Shown: positions 30,762-44,204, counted from the first letter of the stretch. The stretch: DNA of 64,000 nt from Alphaproteobacteria bacterium (GCA_965228345.1 CBDDHH010000004.1:458983-522982); one strand, 5' to 3'. Notes: a model not told the origin generated them from the sequence alone. Made by a program: numbers and translations.

Positions 30762-31977
30762 ATGATGGTACAGGGGAATCGCTTTTGAAAAAATATCTAT
30801 GAAGGAGGTGCCAATCGATTCATGAGGAGCGCGTAACCCCATGTAGGAGACGCGCCATGGAAGAGTTTTCCCATATATTCGAAGGAGTTGATGACCCACG
30901 CAGGAGCAACGCGACCCGTCACGATCTGCACGAGATGCTGATGATCGGGCTTCTATGCACGCTTAGCGGCGGTGAGGGGTGCTGTGATATGTCCCTGTTT
31001 GCAAAGACGAAGGAGCCGTTTTTACGGACATTTATGTCGCTAAAGCACGGTATTCCAAGTCACGACGCGTTCTCTGACTTGTTTAACGCGCTTGATCCAA
31101 AGTCCCTTCACAAAGCACTGTTTGGTTTTGTTGAGGATTTTTCTGATCAACTTGGTGACGTGATTGCCGTTGATGGAAAGACGCTTCGCCGCTCGTTTGA
31201 TCGCGCCAAAGCTCGCTCCGCCCTGCACCTGGTGCAGGCCTTTTCAGTCAAGGAAAAGTTGGTTCTTGGTCAGGTCGCCGTTGACGAAAAGTCCAACGAG
31301 ATCACGGCTTTGCCTGCTCTGCTGGAGATGCTCTCGCTCAAGGGGCGTATCGTTACAGCAGACGCCATGCATACCCAACGCAATACCGCACAATCTGTGA
31401 CAGACGCTGGTGGCGATTACGCGCTCGCCCTCAAACGCAATCAGGGCAGCTTATACGAGGACGTGAAGCTGTACTTAGATGATCGTGCGAATACTCAGGT
31501 GTGTGATACTGCAGAAGAGATTAGCGCAGGTCATGGGCGTATCGAAACTCGTACTGCTTTGATCAGCCATGATGTTGAATGGCTCATGGAACGCCATGAC
31601 TGGCCTGGACTTCAGGCAATTGCAAAGGTTAGCGCACGCCGTGAGATTGGAGACAAAATCAGTCATCACGAACGCTACTTCCTCTTGAGTACGCCTGTGT
31701 CAGCCAAGCGCACAATTGAGATAACACGCGCTCATTGGGCGATTGAAAACAGCTTGCATTGGGTGCTGGATGTGACAATGAACGAAGATGCCGCACGAAA
31801 TAGGACAGGCAACGGCCCTGAAAATTTTGCCACACTTCGGCGAATGGCACTAAACCTTGCCCAAACCGAACCCTCAAAGGGATCAAAGAGGGGCAAGCTA
31901 AAACGCGCCGGATCGAACGACGAATTCATGCTCGATATGATCAGGGCGGCTAAAAATTCTCAAAAGCGATAGCCCTG
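30762..31977 (+). mobile_element. ISAs1-family (H-repeat-associated) insertion sequence, 1216 bp
   Basis: About 20-bp imperfect terminal inverted repeats caggggaatcgcttttgaaaa / cagggctatcgcttttgagaa. It is flanked by a 10-bp direct repeat gatgatggta at 30752-30761 and 31978-31987. Confidence 0.85.
30857..31972 (+). CDS. ISAs1-family transposase (H-repeat protein), 371 aa
   Basis: C-terminal AIENSLHWVLDVTMNEDAARNRTGNGPENFATLRRMALNL is typical of the family. Confidence 0.9.
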   Translation: MEEFSHIFEGVDDPRRSNATRHDLHEMLMIGLLCTLSGGEGCCDMSLFAKTKEPFLRTFMSLKHGIPSHDAFSDLFNALDPKSLHKALFGFVEDFSDQLGDVIAVDGKTLRRSFDRAKARSALHLVQAFSVKEKLVLGQVAVDEKSNEITALPALLEMLSLKGRIVTADAMHTQRNTAQSVTDAGGDYALALKRNQGSLYEDVKLYLDDRANTQVCDTAEEISAGHGRIETRTALISHDVEWLMERHDWPGLQAIAKVSARREIGDKISHHERYFLLSTPVSAKRTIEITRAHWAIENSLHWVLDVTMNEDAARNRTGNGPENFATLRRMALNLAQTEPSKGSKRGKLKRAGSNDEFMLDMIRAAKNSQKR

Positions 31978-32160
31978 GATGATGGTAGACGCAGTGTGCA
32001 CCAGAGCTGTATTCAGTCATCGTTTTCCTCCTAAAAAATGAAGCTTATCCGCTTCGCGGGCTTCATTTTTTAGGAGGAAAACGATGAACCCAACGATTCG
32101 CGCTGAAGCGCAGCTCTCTCATCTAAAGATGAGGGCTTCAAACCAGATAACGGACAGTGA

Positions 32161-32728
32161 AGAACTACCGCCTGACGGCGGTAGCATCGCGTTTGGAGTG
32201 CAACTCCAGATAGTTGAGGATGACGTCATCGGTGATGTTACCGCTAGTTGTGGAGAAGTAACCCCTAGCCCAGAAGTGCTGCCCCCAGTAGCGACGCTTT
32301 AGCTCTGGGAACTCTTGTTGCAACTTCCGAGACGAGCGACCCTTAATACGCTGCATGATGTAAGAGATGGACCGTTTGGGGGGAACGGCCAAGAACATAT
32401 GGACATGGTCACGCGCCAGAACACCTTTGACGATGCCAACTCCCAATTCCTCACAGGTTTGGCGAATCATGTCACGCGCCCGCAACCCAATGGCTCCCTC
32501 TAGCACTTTATATCGATATTTGGTTGACCAGACGATATGATAGCGATGATGGTAGACGCAGTGTGCACCAGAGCTGTATTCAGTCATCGTTTTCCTCCTA
32601 AAAAATGAAGCTTATCCGCTTCGCGGGCTTCATTTTTTAGGAGGAAAACGATGAACCCAACGATTCGCGCTGAAGCGCAGCTCTCTCATCTAAAGATGAG
32701 GGCTTCAAACCAGATAACGGACAGTGAA
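32161..32728 (-). mobile_element. IS200-type element copy B (intact), head-to-tail with copy A
   Basis: Begins gaactaccgcc and ends ...ataacggacagtgaa. The same 5-7 nt (cagtgaa) precede the unit. Confidence 0.8.
32165..32587 (-). CDS. tnpA: IS200/IS605-family Y1 transposase TnpA, 140 aa
   Basis: MTEYSSGAHCVYHHRYHIVWSTKYRY...HVHMFL... Confidence 0.9.
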   Translation of the reverse strand: MTEYSSGAHCVYHHRYHIVWSTKYRYKVLEGAIGLRARDMIRQTCEELGVGIVKGVLARDHVHMFLAVPPKRSISYIMQRIKGRSSRKLQQEFPELKRRYWGQHFWARGYFSTTSGNITDDVILNYLELHSKRDATAVRR

Positions 32729-32820
32729 CAGGTTGTGCCCGAAAACGGTGCAGAAACTGAGGTTTTAGGCATTAAAAAACCGCTCATAACTGGCGTTAGG
32801 ACGGTTCGTAACTCATAAAT

Positions 32821-32897
<77 letters not shown>

Positions 32898-33007
32898 TCA
32901 AAATTCTTGCCTTGTCCAAACATGGGAGCAAGCCAACAAGGCCTTCCTGAGGCCTGCGTTTGTCAAAGACCCTCGTTCGTGTGTTCGTAAAAAGAAGAAA
33001 GTGTTCT

Positions 33008-33124
33008 TGCTAATCTGGCAGCGACCTACTCTCCCAGCCCTTGGGGGCAAGTACCATTGGCGCTGGAGCGTTTCACGGCCGGGTTCGGTATGGGACCGGG
33101 TGGGGCCACTCCGCTATGGCCACC
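33008..33124 (-). rRNA. rrf: 5S ribosomal RNA
   Basis: Reverse complement begins ..ctggtggccatagcggagtggccccacccggtcccataccgaacccggccgtgaaacgctccagcgccaatggtacttgcccccaagggctgggagagtaggtcgctgccag. Confidence 0.85.
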
Positions 33125-33239
33125 AGATGAGAAAGAACACTTAAAATCTTTTGTCTGACTAATTTTATTTATTCTGATCATTCAAGATGATGCTCGTTCG
33201 CGTCGATCCGTAACTTGGTTTCGGATCTTTGCGACCAGA

Positions 33240-36045
<2,806 letters not shown>

Positions 36046-36419
36046 GCAGACGATAGGTTGGAAATACGATGCCTCAATTTAAGGAGTCGATATTCCGCGC
36101 CTTCGCCGCGATTCCAAGATTGATCTCGGTCTGGTTTTGCGATCAGCTTGATTTTGATTTGAATTGTTCGCCCCCAAAAGTCATGATTGGGGGCAAAACT
36201 ACTGATCCACATTCGTGCAAAATGTGGACCGCATTTAGTGTCAGACAAGAAGATTTCATGCAGTCAAGATCGCGCAAAGCCCGCCTTAACGTACATGTCT
36301 TCTTTTCACAAACAACGATTTTTATGGCGATTGCCACACTCAACCCAAAGGCTGATGAAAGCGAACTTTCAACAACCTTCGTCAATCCAGCCAGTCCCAA
36401 AATCTATGGCATGGGACCA

Positions 36420-36496
<77 letters not shown>

Positions 36497-36535
36497 TTAA
36501 GGCAAGGGGGCGCGAGCCGAGACCCGCGCAGTGCT

Positions 36536-36610
36536 GGTGGAGCCTAGCGGGATCGAACCGCTGACCTCCTGAATGCAAATCAGGCGCTCTTCCAGCTGAG
36601 CTAAGGCCCC
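36536..36610 (-). tRNA. tRNA-Ala (UGC)
   Basis: Reverse complement is ggggccttagctcagctggaagagcgcctgatttgcattcaggaggtcagcggttcgatcccgctaggctcca. Confidence 0.9.
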
Positions 36611-36770
36611 GAAATTTTACTGGATTGTGAGAAGAGATGCGCGGCCGGCGGATGCCAGACTTGATTTGCCTTTCGGCAAGTGCCTGCCAGGTTAAAGACA
36701 GGCGTCTTGATATGAAGATCGCGAGCTTACCAGGCACGGGGCCAGGCAGCATACCGAAATCTACTCTAGA

Positions 36771-38262
<1,492 letters not shown>

Positions 38263-38821
38263 TAACTGAAAGTCGCATTGACCAGGCAAGCCAATCAATG
38301 CACTTTATAGGTTCCCACAAAGTCTATCCTAATTCATGTTACTGAATAGTTTTGTTAATTTTCATTAACAGGTTTCTGTTCTTGAGCTGCCGCTGCCGAA
38401 GCAGCGACTGCACAAGCTCAGAGCGTTTACTGACTGATCCTTCGATCTGCATCATGGCACGGAGCTCTAGTTGAGCAGGACCACAATGCGAACAAAGGTC
38501 GAGATCAATGCGCCAACTTTGCGGGTGCTGAACACCCGTCGGCCACGAATCTCTTCTCATTTTTTCGCACAACAATGTCAAAAAGCACTGGCTGATTTTC
38601 GGCACAAGAGCACCGCTCGCCGCCAAGTTCAGGATACCCCGAAGCGAAGCACTGCCCCTAAGGCCCACTTGAGCACCCGTCAACGCAAAAAATCGAACTT
38701 TCTGAAGTTTTTGTGCAATCCCAAAGTTCAAGGCACCGCTTGGGTGAATACAGGCATGCTGAAAACGGCCTTTTCACGATGATGACTATAGTTTTGGACG
38801 CAAAATCAAATCAAGGGCATT
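38263..38821 (-). promoter_or_regulatory. rRNA operon leader/promoter region (inferred), AT-rich
   Basis: AT-rich ~560-bp stretch immediately upstream of 16S on the transcribed strand. No promoter elements were individually verified. Confidence 0.3.
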
Positions 38822-39490
38822 GGTGCGTTAAAATAGATACTTGATCCAATCTTGTGTAAAGAAGACGGTAAGGGTTGCCTGCACCATAGGGACAGCCTTT
38901 GAATAGCATAACGTTTTTCGGTGGATACGTGCCAGGTAGTGACGAATGCGGCGATTTCTGACTTTGTTTCTACATGCATGTGCTCAGGAACGATCTGACG
39001 ATGGGCAGGATAGGAGTCCGTGCAGACGTGGGTAAGATCAAACATTTCAAGTTGCCCCTATAGGCCTTGGGCTGTTTGAGCGTCTCTGCGTCCAAGCTGA
39101 ACACCGCAAACACGCTGTCCATCGCGGTCGTAGGCTAACCAGACCCAGCATTTGTTTGTTTTTTTGGACAACGTGCCACATCTCGTCCAGTTCCATGACG
39201 CTCACAGGCTCGATCTCCCCTGTCTCCTCGCGGAACTTCTCAATATCATCACCCAGCTTCTTTACCCAGCGCATCACTGTGGTGTGTGTGGTACCCGTCA
39301 GACCCGATATACCGCGAAAACCAACATCCTCAAGGTATAGGCCGATACAGTGAATGCGCGTGTCAATCGGCTTGCGGCTGAGGGTGCTCTGAGTATAGTT
39401 ACAACCACAATCCTTGCACTTGTAGCGCTGCTTATCTCGAACGATGCCGTTTTTAACTCGGACGGCGCTCCGACCTTTGGGACAAGTCAT
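38806..39490 (-). pseudogene. IS1-family InsA-InsB transposase, disrupted
   Basis: InsA-like zinc finger CPKGRS...QRYKCKDCGC and HTH, then ELDEMW. There is an A7 run at the expected slip site. The InsB-like frame (..CWVWLAYDRDG..) is +1 rather than -1 and contains an in-frame TAG before ..FDLTHVCTDSYPAHRQ.. Confidence 0.65.
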
Positions 39491-39521
39491 CCCTCCCTAT
39501 AACATATCTATATATTAGCAC
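38822..39521 (-). mobile_element. IS1-family element (about 700 bp), decayed
   Basis: Imperfect terminal inverted repeats ggtgcgttaaaatagatacttga (38822-) and ggtgctaatatatagatatgtta (reverse complement of 39499-39521). Contains the insA and insB reading frames. Confidence 0.7.
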
Positions 39522-39740
39522 CAACGCCCGAAAAAGAAACACATAGTCTAATCCATCGGACCGTTTCTTAAGTCTTTGAAAGAAGACTCCGCGCCGCCTT
39601 AGCGGCTTGCCAGCACACACGTCTTGTTCAAGTGCGTGAGGCTTTTTTGGTACGAGCATGATGTGCACCCACGCAAGCCTTGCAAACTTTGGTGAATTCG
39701 GGAAAGAACGCGCTCGCGATCAAACATCCCCATCGGTTTC

Positions 39741-41432
39741 GTGCTTATGCATTTTTCCCGCCTTCTTGGCGCCTGCTGCTTTGCGAGTCTGAGTGCCATG
39801 CTGCCGATGTGCGCTGCTTCGGCTTTTTGGTTTTTGCCCGGGCTGGGTAAAGCGTCGCGCAATGAAGTCAGGGGCCAGATATTTGGGCATACCCAAGCCG
39901 ACCAAGATCCTTTGAATAGGCAAAGGGTCAACCCCTTTGATCTTGGCACCTTAGACCAGAACTTTGCGCCCGATTTCTCGATTCCTACCAACCCTAGTGA
40001 GGGAACAGGCGCGCAGATCATAGTGCAGCCGCCGCTTTTCTCCGGAGTTGAACGAAACCGAGCTGCAGACACTGAGGCCAAGCGCGGTGGTTTGAACGAC
40101 CTGGACTTCACCATAGCCCTGCTTGATCAGAAGTTAGCCACCGATTCTGCGATCGCGGCTGGAACCTCCCCAGATCCTCTAGCGAGCAAAAGGGCGGATC
40201 TAGACTTACGCTTGCCCGTGGACCGATTTGACGCCGCTTACGACGTGCTGGACGCCGCCATTCAACCCGCGCTGGCGACTTTTCCGATCGCTGTATATCT
40301 AGAAGTCGAGGCGGGTGACACTTTGTCCTCCCTATTTCAAACTGTTGGCATTCCCATCCAAGAGATCCAGAATGCGGGTAACGCCTTAAGCGAAGTCTTC
40401 AATCTCGGGCGTCTGCGCCCCGGCCAAATCTTGGAGTTGGAGCTAAACGGCGCTGTCGAGCCATATAACATGGGGCGGTTGCAGCGAGTGTCGCTGGCAC
40501 CAACCGCGCTGGAGCAGATCATTGTCCTGCCCAAAAACGGTGGCTTTGAGAGCCGAAAAACTGAAATCGCGCGTAATCGCGTGCTGGTTCATGCGGGCGG
40601 CCCCCTTAGAAGCGGATCGGTCTATAAAGACGGCGATACAATGAATATTGACGGGTCCATGATCGCCAATTTTGTCAATGCCCTCGACGCACAAGTCGAT
40701 TTCTCCCGTATTCAGTCCGAAGGTGACGAAATTGAAATGGTCTATGAGGCCTACTTTGACGACAACGGCCGACTGGTCGATGCAGGCAACGTACTTTATG
40801 CCGCCTTCAACGATCGCGGTGGTCAAGTCTACGAGGCTTTTCGGTTTGAGAACAATAGCAAGGCCGCTTACTTCACCCGAGACGCACGCTTTACGGGCCA
40901 GACCAATACCTTGGCCCGCAAACCCCTAGGCGGCGGACGGCTTTCGTCTCGCTTTGGCATGCGCACCCATCCCGTCCACGGAGATCGGCGCATGCACCAT
41001 GGGGTCGACTACGCTGCAGCCTGTGGAACGCCCATTTACGCAGCTGGCAACGGTGTCCTAACATTCGTGGGGTGGAAGGGCGGTTACGGACGGTTCATTG
41101 GCATCAAGCATGGCCCCACCTTTACGACGCACTACGCCCATCTCAAGAGCTTTGCCAACGGCATGCGCCCAGGGGTACGGGTGCGAAAGGGCCAGCTCAT
41201 CGGCCGTGTTGGCACAACTGGGGTCTCAACGGGCTGCCATCTCCACTACGAAGTCGTGCGCAACGGACGCAAGATCAACCCGCTATCGGAGCATATCCCC
41301 CGTGGCAACGACCTCAACAATGCGGCTAAAGCTCGCTTCTTTGCCTATGTAGGCCAAATTGATGCTGAACGTTCCATGGGAATCACCATCGCTCAAGCCA
41401 TGGATTTAGCGCAGACGGGAATCTATCAATAG
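39741..41432 (+). CDS. M23-family peptidase (LytM-type murein endopeptidase) with long N-terminal region
   Basis: C-terminal M23 motifs HHGVDYAA...GTTGVSTGCHLHYEV. The N-terminal Met choice is uncertain. Confidence 0.8.
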   Translation: MLMHFSRLLGACCFASLSAMLPMCAASAFWFLPGLGKASRNEVRGQIFGHTQADQDPLNRQRVNPFDLGTLDQNFAPDFSIPTNPSEGTGAQIIVQPPLFSGVERNRAADTEAKRGGLNDLDFTIALLDQKLATDSAIAAGTSPDPLASKRADLDLRLPVDRFDAAYDVLDAAIQPALATFPIAVYLEVEAGDTLSSLFQTVGIPIQEIQNAGNALSEVFNLGRLRPGQILELELNGAVEPYNMGRLQRVSLAPTALEQIIVLPKNGGFESRKTEIARNRVLVHAGGPLRSGSVYKDGDTMNIDGSMIANFVNALDAQVDFSRIQSEGDEIEMVYEAYFDDNGRLVDAGNVLYAAFNDRGGQVYEAFRFENNSKAAYFTRDARFTGQTNTLARKPLGGGRLSSRFGMRTHPVHGDRRMHHGVDYAAACGTPIYAAGNGVLTFVGWKGGYGRFIGIKHGPTFTTHYAHLKSFANGMRPGVRVRKGQLIGRVGTTGVSTGCHLHYEVVRNGRKINPLSEHIPRGNDLNNAAKARFFAYVGQIDAERSMGITIAQAMDLAQTGIYQ

Positions 41433-41597
41433 TGAGCGTCCGTTGTAGGGACTCTGGCCTTATGTGCTGAGCATGGCCGGTGCTAGCTTGGTTCAGTCAA
41501 CACTAGAGAGCAAGCCGTTCTTGAGACACCACTCATACTTATACCAACGGTCATAAAAAGTGACCTTTTCATGACCGTTTCGTGTCTTGTCTAATGG

Positions 41598-41825
41598 AAT
41601 ATGAGCGTTTTCTTGCCGCGATGCTAGATCATTTGTGGTAAGCTTGACGCGCCGATTTGGGGGTGGCCACCCCCAAATCGGCGGCGGGGCTGGATCGTTC
41701 GTGTCTAGGTGCTGCGTTGCAGGCACCGTTCGTGAGTTTGATCACCCCGTCTTTCCTACAAGTGGCCCGAATGGATACTAGGGAGCCAGCTGTGCGTCCC
41801 CTATGACAAGAAAGGGAACGCAAAG
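41598..41825 (+). ncRNA. Candidate bridge (guide) RNA in the 5' non-coding end of the IS110-family element
   Basis: 228-nt structured leader conserved in all 5 copies. It has a perfect hairpin ccgatttgggggtggccacccccaaatcgg, and a second hairpin ggtgctgcgttgcaggcacc flanked by direct repeats cgttcgtg. Segments cgttcgtgtct and atggatact match the left insertion junction and the right IS end. Confidence 0.35.
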
Positions 41826-42701
41826 ATGTCACAAGTTACCATCGGAATTGATGTTTCAAAAGCCCAATTCGATATTTTTGTGTCAAATGGCCAAAACCAT
41901 AGCTGCAAGCCCAATACCCCTTGCGGGATTAAGGCTCTCATCAAGACCTTGAGCAAGCTTCCTGATTGCCTGGTCGTTTTTGAGGCAACTGGCTTCTATC
42001 ACAGAGCCTTGGAACGGGGCCTTGCTCAAGCCCAAATCGCTTACGCAAAGGTCAACCCTTGGCAAGCGCGATGCTTTGCCAACAGCATCGGCCAACTCGC
42101 AAAAACCGATAAGGTCGATGCGAAAATCCTGGCACTCATGGGCCAAACCCTCCCCCTTGAGCCCACCAAGATACGCGATGAAGTCATTGAAACTCTTGGA
42201 GAATACCAAAGTCTTCATCAAGGGCTTGTGCAAACGCAAACGCAGTGGAGCAACACGAAGAAAGTCGTTACCCATAAGGCCGCTGTGAGGCTTGCAACGA
42301 GAATGCTCAAGACCCTCGAAAAGGAGATCGAACAGCTAACCCTCAAGACCAAGAAGCTCATCGAAGCCCATCCTGATCTCTTGGAACGCTTTAACATCTT
42401 GATCACAATCCCAGGGATTGCGGCACGAACAGCCATATCCCTTCTGACCAACATGCCAGAGCTTGGCACACTCAGTCAGAAAAAGATCGGCGCTCTAGCT
42501 GGCTTGGCTCCTATGCAATCCCAATCAGGAACGCTTAAGGGTGTCGCCCGTATCAAGGGGGGAAGAGCTCCTGTACGCAATGCCCTCTACATGCCTTCCT
42601 TGGTTGCCATGCGATACAATGAAGACCTAAAGGGTTTCTTAGAGCCGCCTTGTCGAAGCCGGAAAGCCGAAAAAAGTCGCCATCATCGCCGTGATGCGTA
42701 A
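41826..42701 (+). CDS. IS110-family transposase, 291 aa
   Basis: Same family as the other copies. The conserved C-terminal motif (..KKVAIIAVMRKLITLANALLRENRKW) lies in the +1 frame at 42646-42765. Confidence 0.85.
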   Translation: MSQVTIGIDVSKAQFDIFVSNGQNHSCKPNTPCGIKALIKTLSKLPDCLVVFEATGFYHRALERGLAQAQIAYAKVNPWQARCFANSIGQLAKTDKVDAKILALMGQTLPLEPTKIRDEVIETLGEYQSLHQGLVQTQTQWSNTKKVVTHKAAVRLATRMLKTLEKEIEQLTLKTKKLIEAHPDLLERFNILITIPGIAARTAISLLTNMPELGTLSQKKIGALAGLAPMQSQSGTLKGVARIKGGRAPVRNALYMPSLVAMRYNEDLKGFLEPPCRSRKAEKSRHHRRDA

Positions 42702-43016
42702 GCTGATCACGCTGGCAAATGCCCTCTTGCGGGAAAACAGAAAATGGTCACAAATTGCCCCTTGATTTATCATGGATACTCACGGCAGAAACGCTTCGCG
42801 TTTCGCCGCCCCTTCGCTTATACCCCGAGGCGCGTGTCCGCCGATCTCGGGGCCGCGTGTTTTTGGCGCGGGCGTTCCCTGCGCCCTTCGGGCTTGGAGC
42901 CCGCTTCGGGGGCCGCAGTCGCGGCCCCTATACCATCTTTCATAAGAGTCATTTATAATTGCCGCTGGTATGATTTATGCTGAGGCCTCATCCCAACATT
43001 TCGAGCAACCCAACCC

Positions 43017-43618
43017 TCAGGGAATCTGCCAGCACCATCGGGCAAGATTACCATAAGAATTTCCTGCTATCCGTTGGTGTCCCTCGCGGTGGAGCGAGAC
43101 GAAGTCGAAGGCTCCCAGTTGAAGGTTTACGACCCCGAAGTGCCGCGCTGCAAGGTTCGCGTCGATCTCCTTCGCCCCGGGCCAGACTTGACCTCCCTCC
43201 AGATGGGTACCTGGGGCGGCGCGCGACTGATAATCGGTTCGCTGTTGGTCGGTGAGGTCCGCGTAGAGCGCCCGCGTGGGGCAGTGCCCGTTTGCAAAGT
43301 GGCGCGCGCTTGGACGCTGAGCTGCACTCCGCGTTGGAAACAATAGAGCAAGAGCGCCGTGCGCGGGTCCTCGCGCAGTGCCGCCCATTTGCCGCTGCGG
43401 GTGTCGGTGAAGAACCTCAGGGACGCGGTTTTGGGGCTCCACCCACGCCAAATCACTGTTTTGGCCACGGGCCCATCTGTCAGGTAGGTCAGAGTGCCCC
43501 AGTGCCAAGCATCCTTAGGGTCGTGAACGGCAAGGGTCAAAGCCTGGTTGATCCAGACCTTGGCGTGGTCAAGGGTTGCAAACAGGGGAACGGATTCGGG
43601 CGTCAGTCTTTGGGTCAA
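43017..43618 (-). pseudogene. PNPOx-like FMN-binding protein (pyridoxamine 5'-phosphate oxidase superfamily), frameshifted
   Basis: The N-terminal 110 aa are in the 43127-43618 frame (..LREDPRTALLLYCFQRGVQLSVQARATL). The C-terminal homology (..LTDQQRTDYQSRAAPGTHLEG..) continues in the 43017-43508 frame. Confidence 0.55.
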
Positions 43619-43674
43619 AACTCATTCAACTTTGCACATCACGGGTCTTGAGAACCGCAAGGGAGAGCAGATAT

Positions 43675-44016
43675 ATGCCTCCCATGAGCAGTACGAGTCC
43701 AGATCGCCCCGACACATCGGCCCCCGATAGCGGGGTGCTGTTGCAAGAACGCCCGAAGACCAAGCGACCCCAGCGGTATAAAGTTATCATGCTGAACGAT
43801 GACTATACGCCCATGGAATTTGTCGTCGAAGTGCTGGAGCGGTTTTTTCAGAAGGACCAAGCCGCAGCCACCCAAATCATGCTGCAAATCCATCAAACGG
43901 GCATGGGGGTCTGCGGGGTCTATACTTTTGAAATCGCCGAGACCAAACTTACCCAAACCATGGCCTTGGCGCAAAAGAACGACCACCCGCTGCAGTTGCG
44001 TCTGGAACAAGATTGA
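43675..44016 (+). CDS. clpS: ATP-dependent Clp protease adaptor ClpS
   Basis: [29 protein letters not shown]... The start is set at ATG 43675 (MPPMSS..) with an upstream GGGAGAG ribosome-binding site. Confidence 0.85.
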   Translation: MPPMSSTSPDRPDTSAPDSGVLLQERPKTKRPQRYKVIMLNDDYTPMEFVVEVLERFFQKDQAAATQIMLQIHQTGMGVCGVYTFEIAETKLTQTMALAQKNDHPLQLRLEQD

Positions 44017-44093
44017 CCACGATTGATCGTGCCAGTCGCACCGCGACTAAGCGAAACAAGGCGTAGGCGCATCCCTTGAATATGTGAGCGGTC

Positions 44094-44118
44094 AGAAGTA
44101 GAGAGCGACAATAAGTGT
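44094..44118 (+). terminator. Rho-independent terminator downstream of clpS
   Basis: gagcgacaataagtgtcgc stem-loop followed by ttttt. Confidence 0.6.
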
Positions 44119-44204
44119 CGCTTTTTCGCCATTTGCCGTTCGTGCCGTGGTGAGGACGCGCGCCCACCCATGCTGGCTGTCCTAAAACGATCATTGGAGG
44201 ATTT

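Larger units (their letters stand above)
30378..32160 (-). mobile_element. IS200-type element copy A, interrupted by an ISAs1-family insertion
   Basis: The tnpA body is at 30381-30761. The tnpA 5' end (13 codons) and the left-end hairpin gaagcttatccgcttcgcgggcttc are at 31978-32160. Confidence 0.75.
41541..42971 (+). mobile_element. IS110-family element copy 5 (full length) embedded in a target repeat
   Basis: Palindrome at 41541-41590. CT cores at 41596-41597 and 42789-42790. Tail ends at 42971. Confidence 0.85.

Noticed and set aside
30381-30899. 172-aa track ORF labelled as one protein
   Set aside because: It is a chimera of IS200 tnpA (the C-terminal 127 codons) reading through into the ISAs1 left end.
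38339-38731. 130-aa minus-strand ORF in the AT-rich rRNA leader
   Set aside because: No recognisable domains. It lies in the expected rRNA promoter/leader region and has AT-biased composition.
41493-41832. Recurrent 60-80-aa ORFs (MPATQHLDTNDPAPPP.., MTSLRSLSCH..) antisense in the IS110 5' non-coding region in every copy
   Set aside because: They are conserved only because the IS copies are near-identical. They overlap the strongly structured leader that is better explained as RNA.
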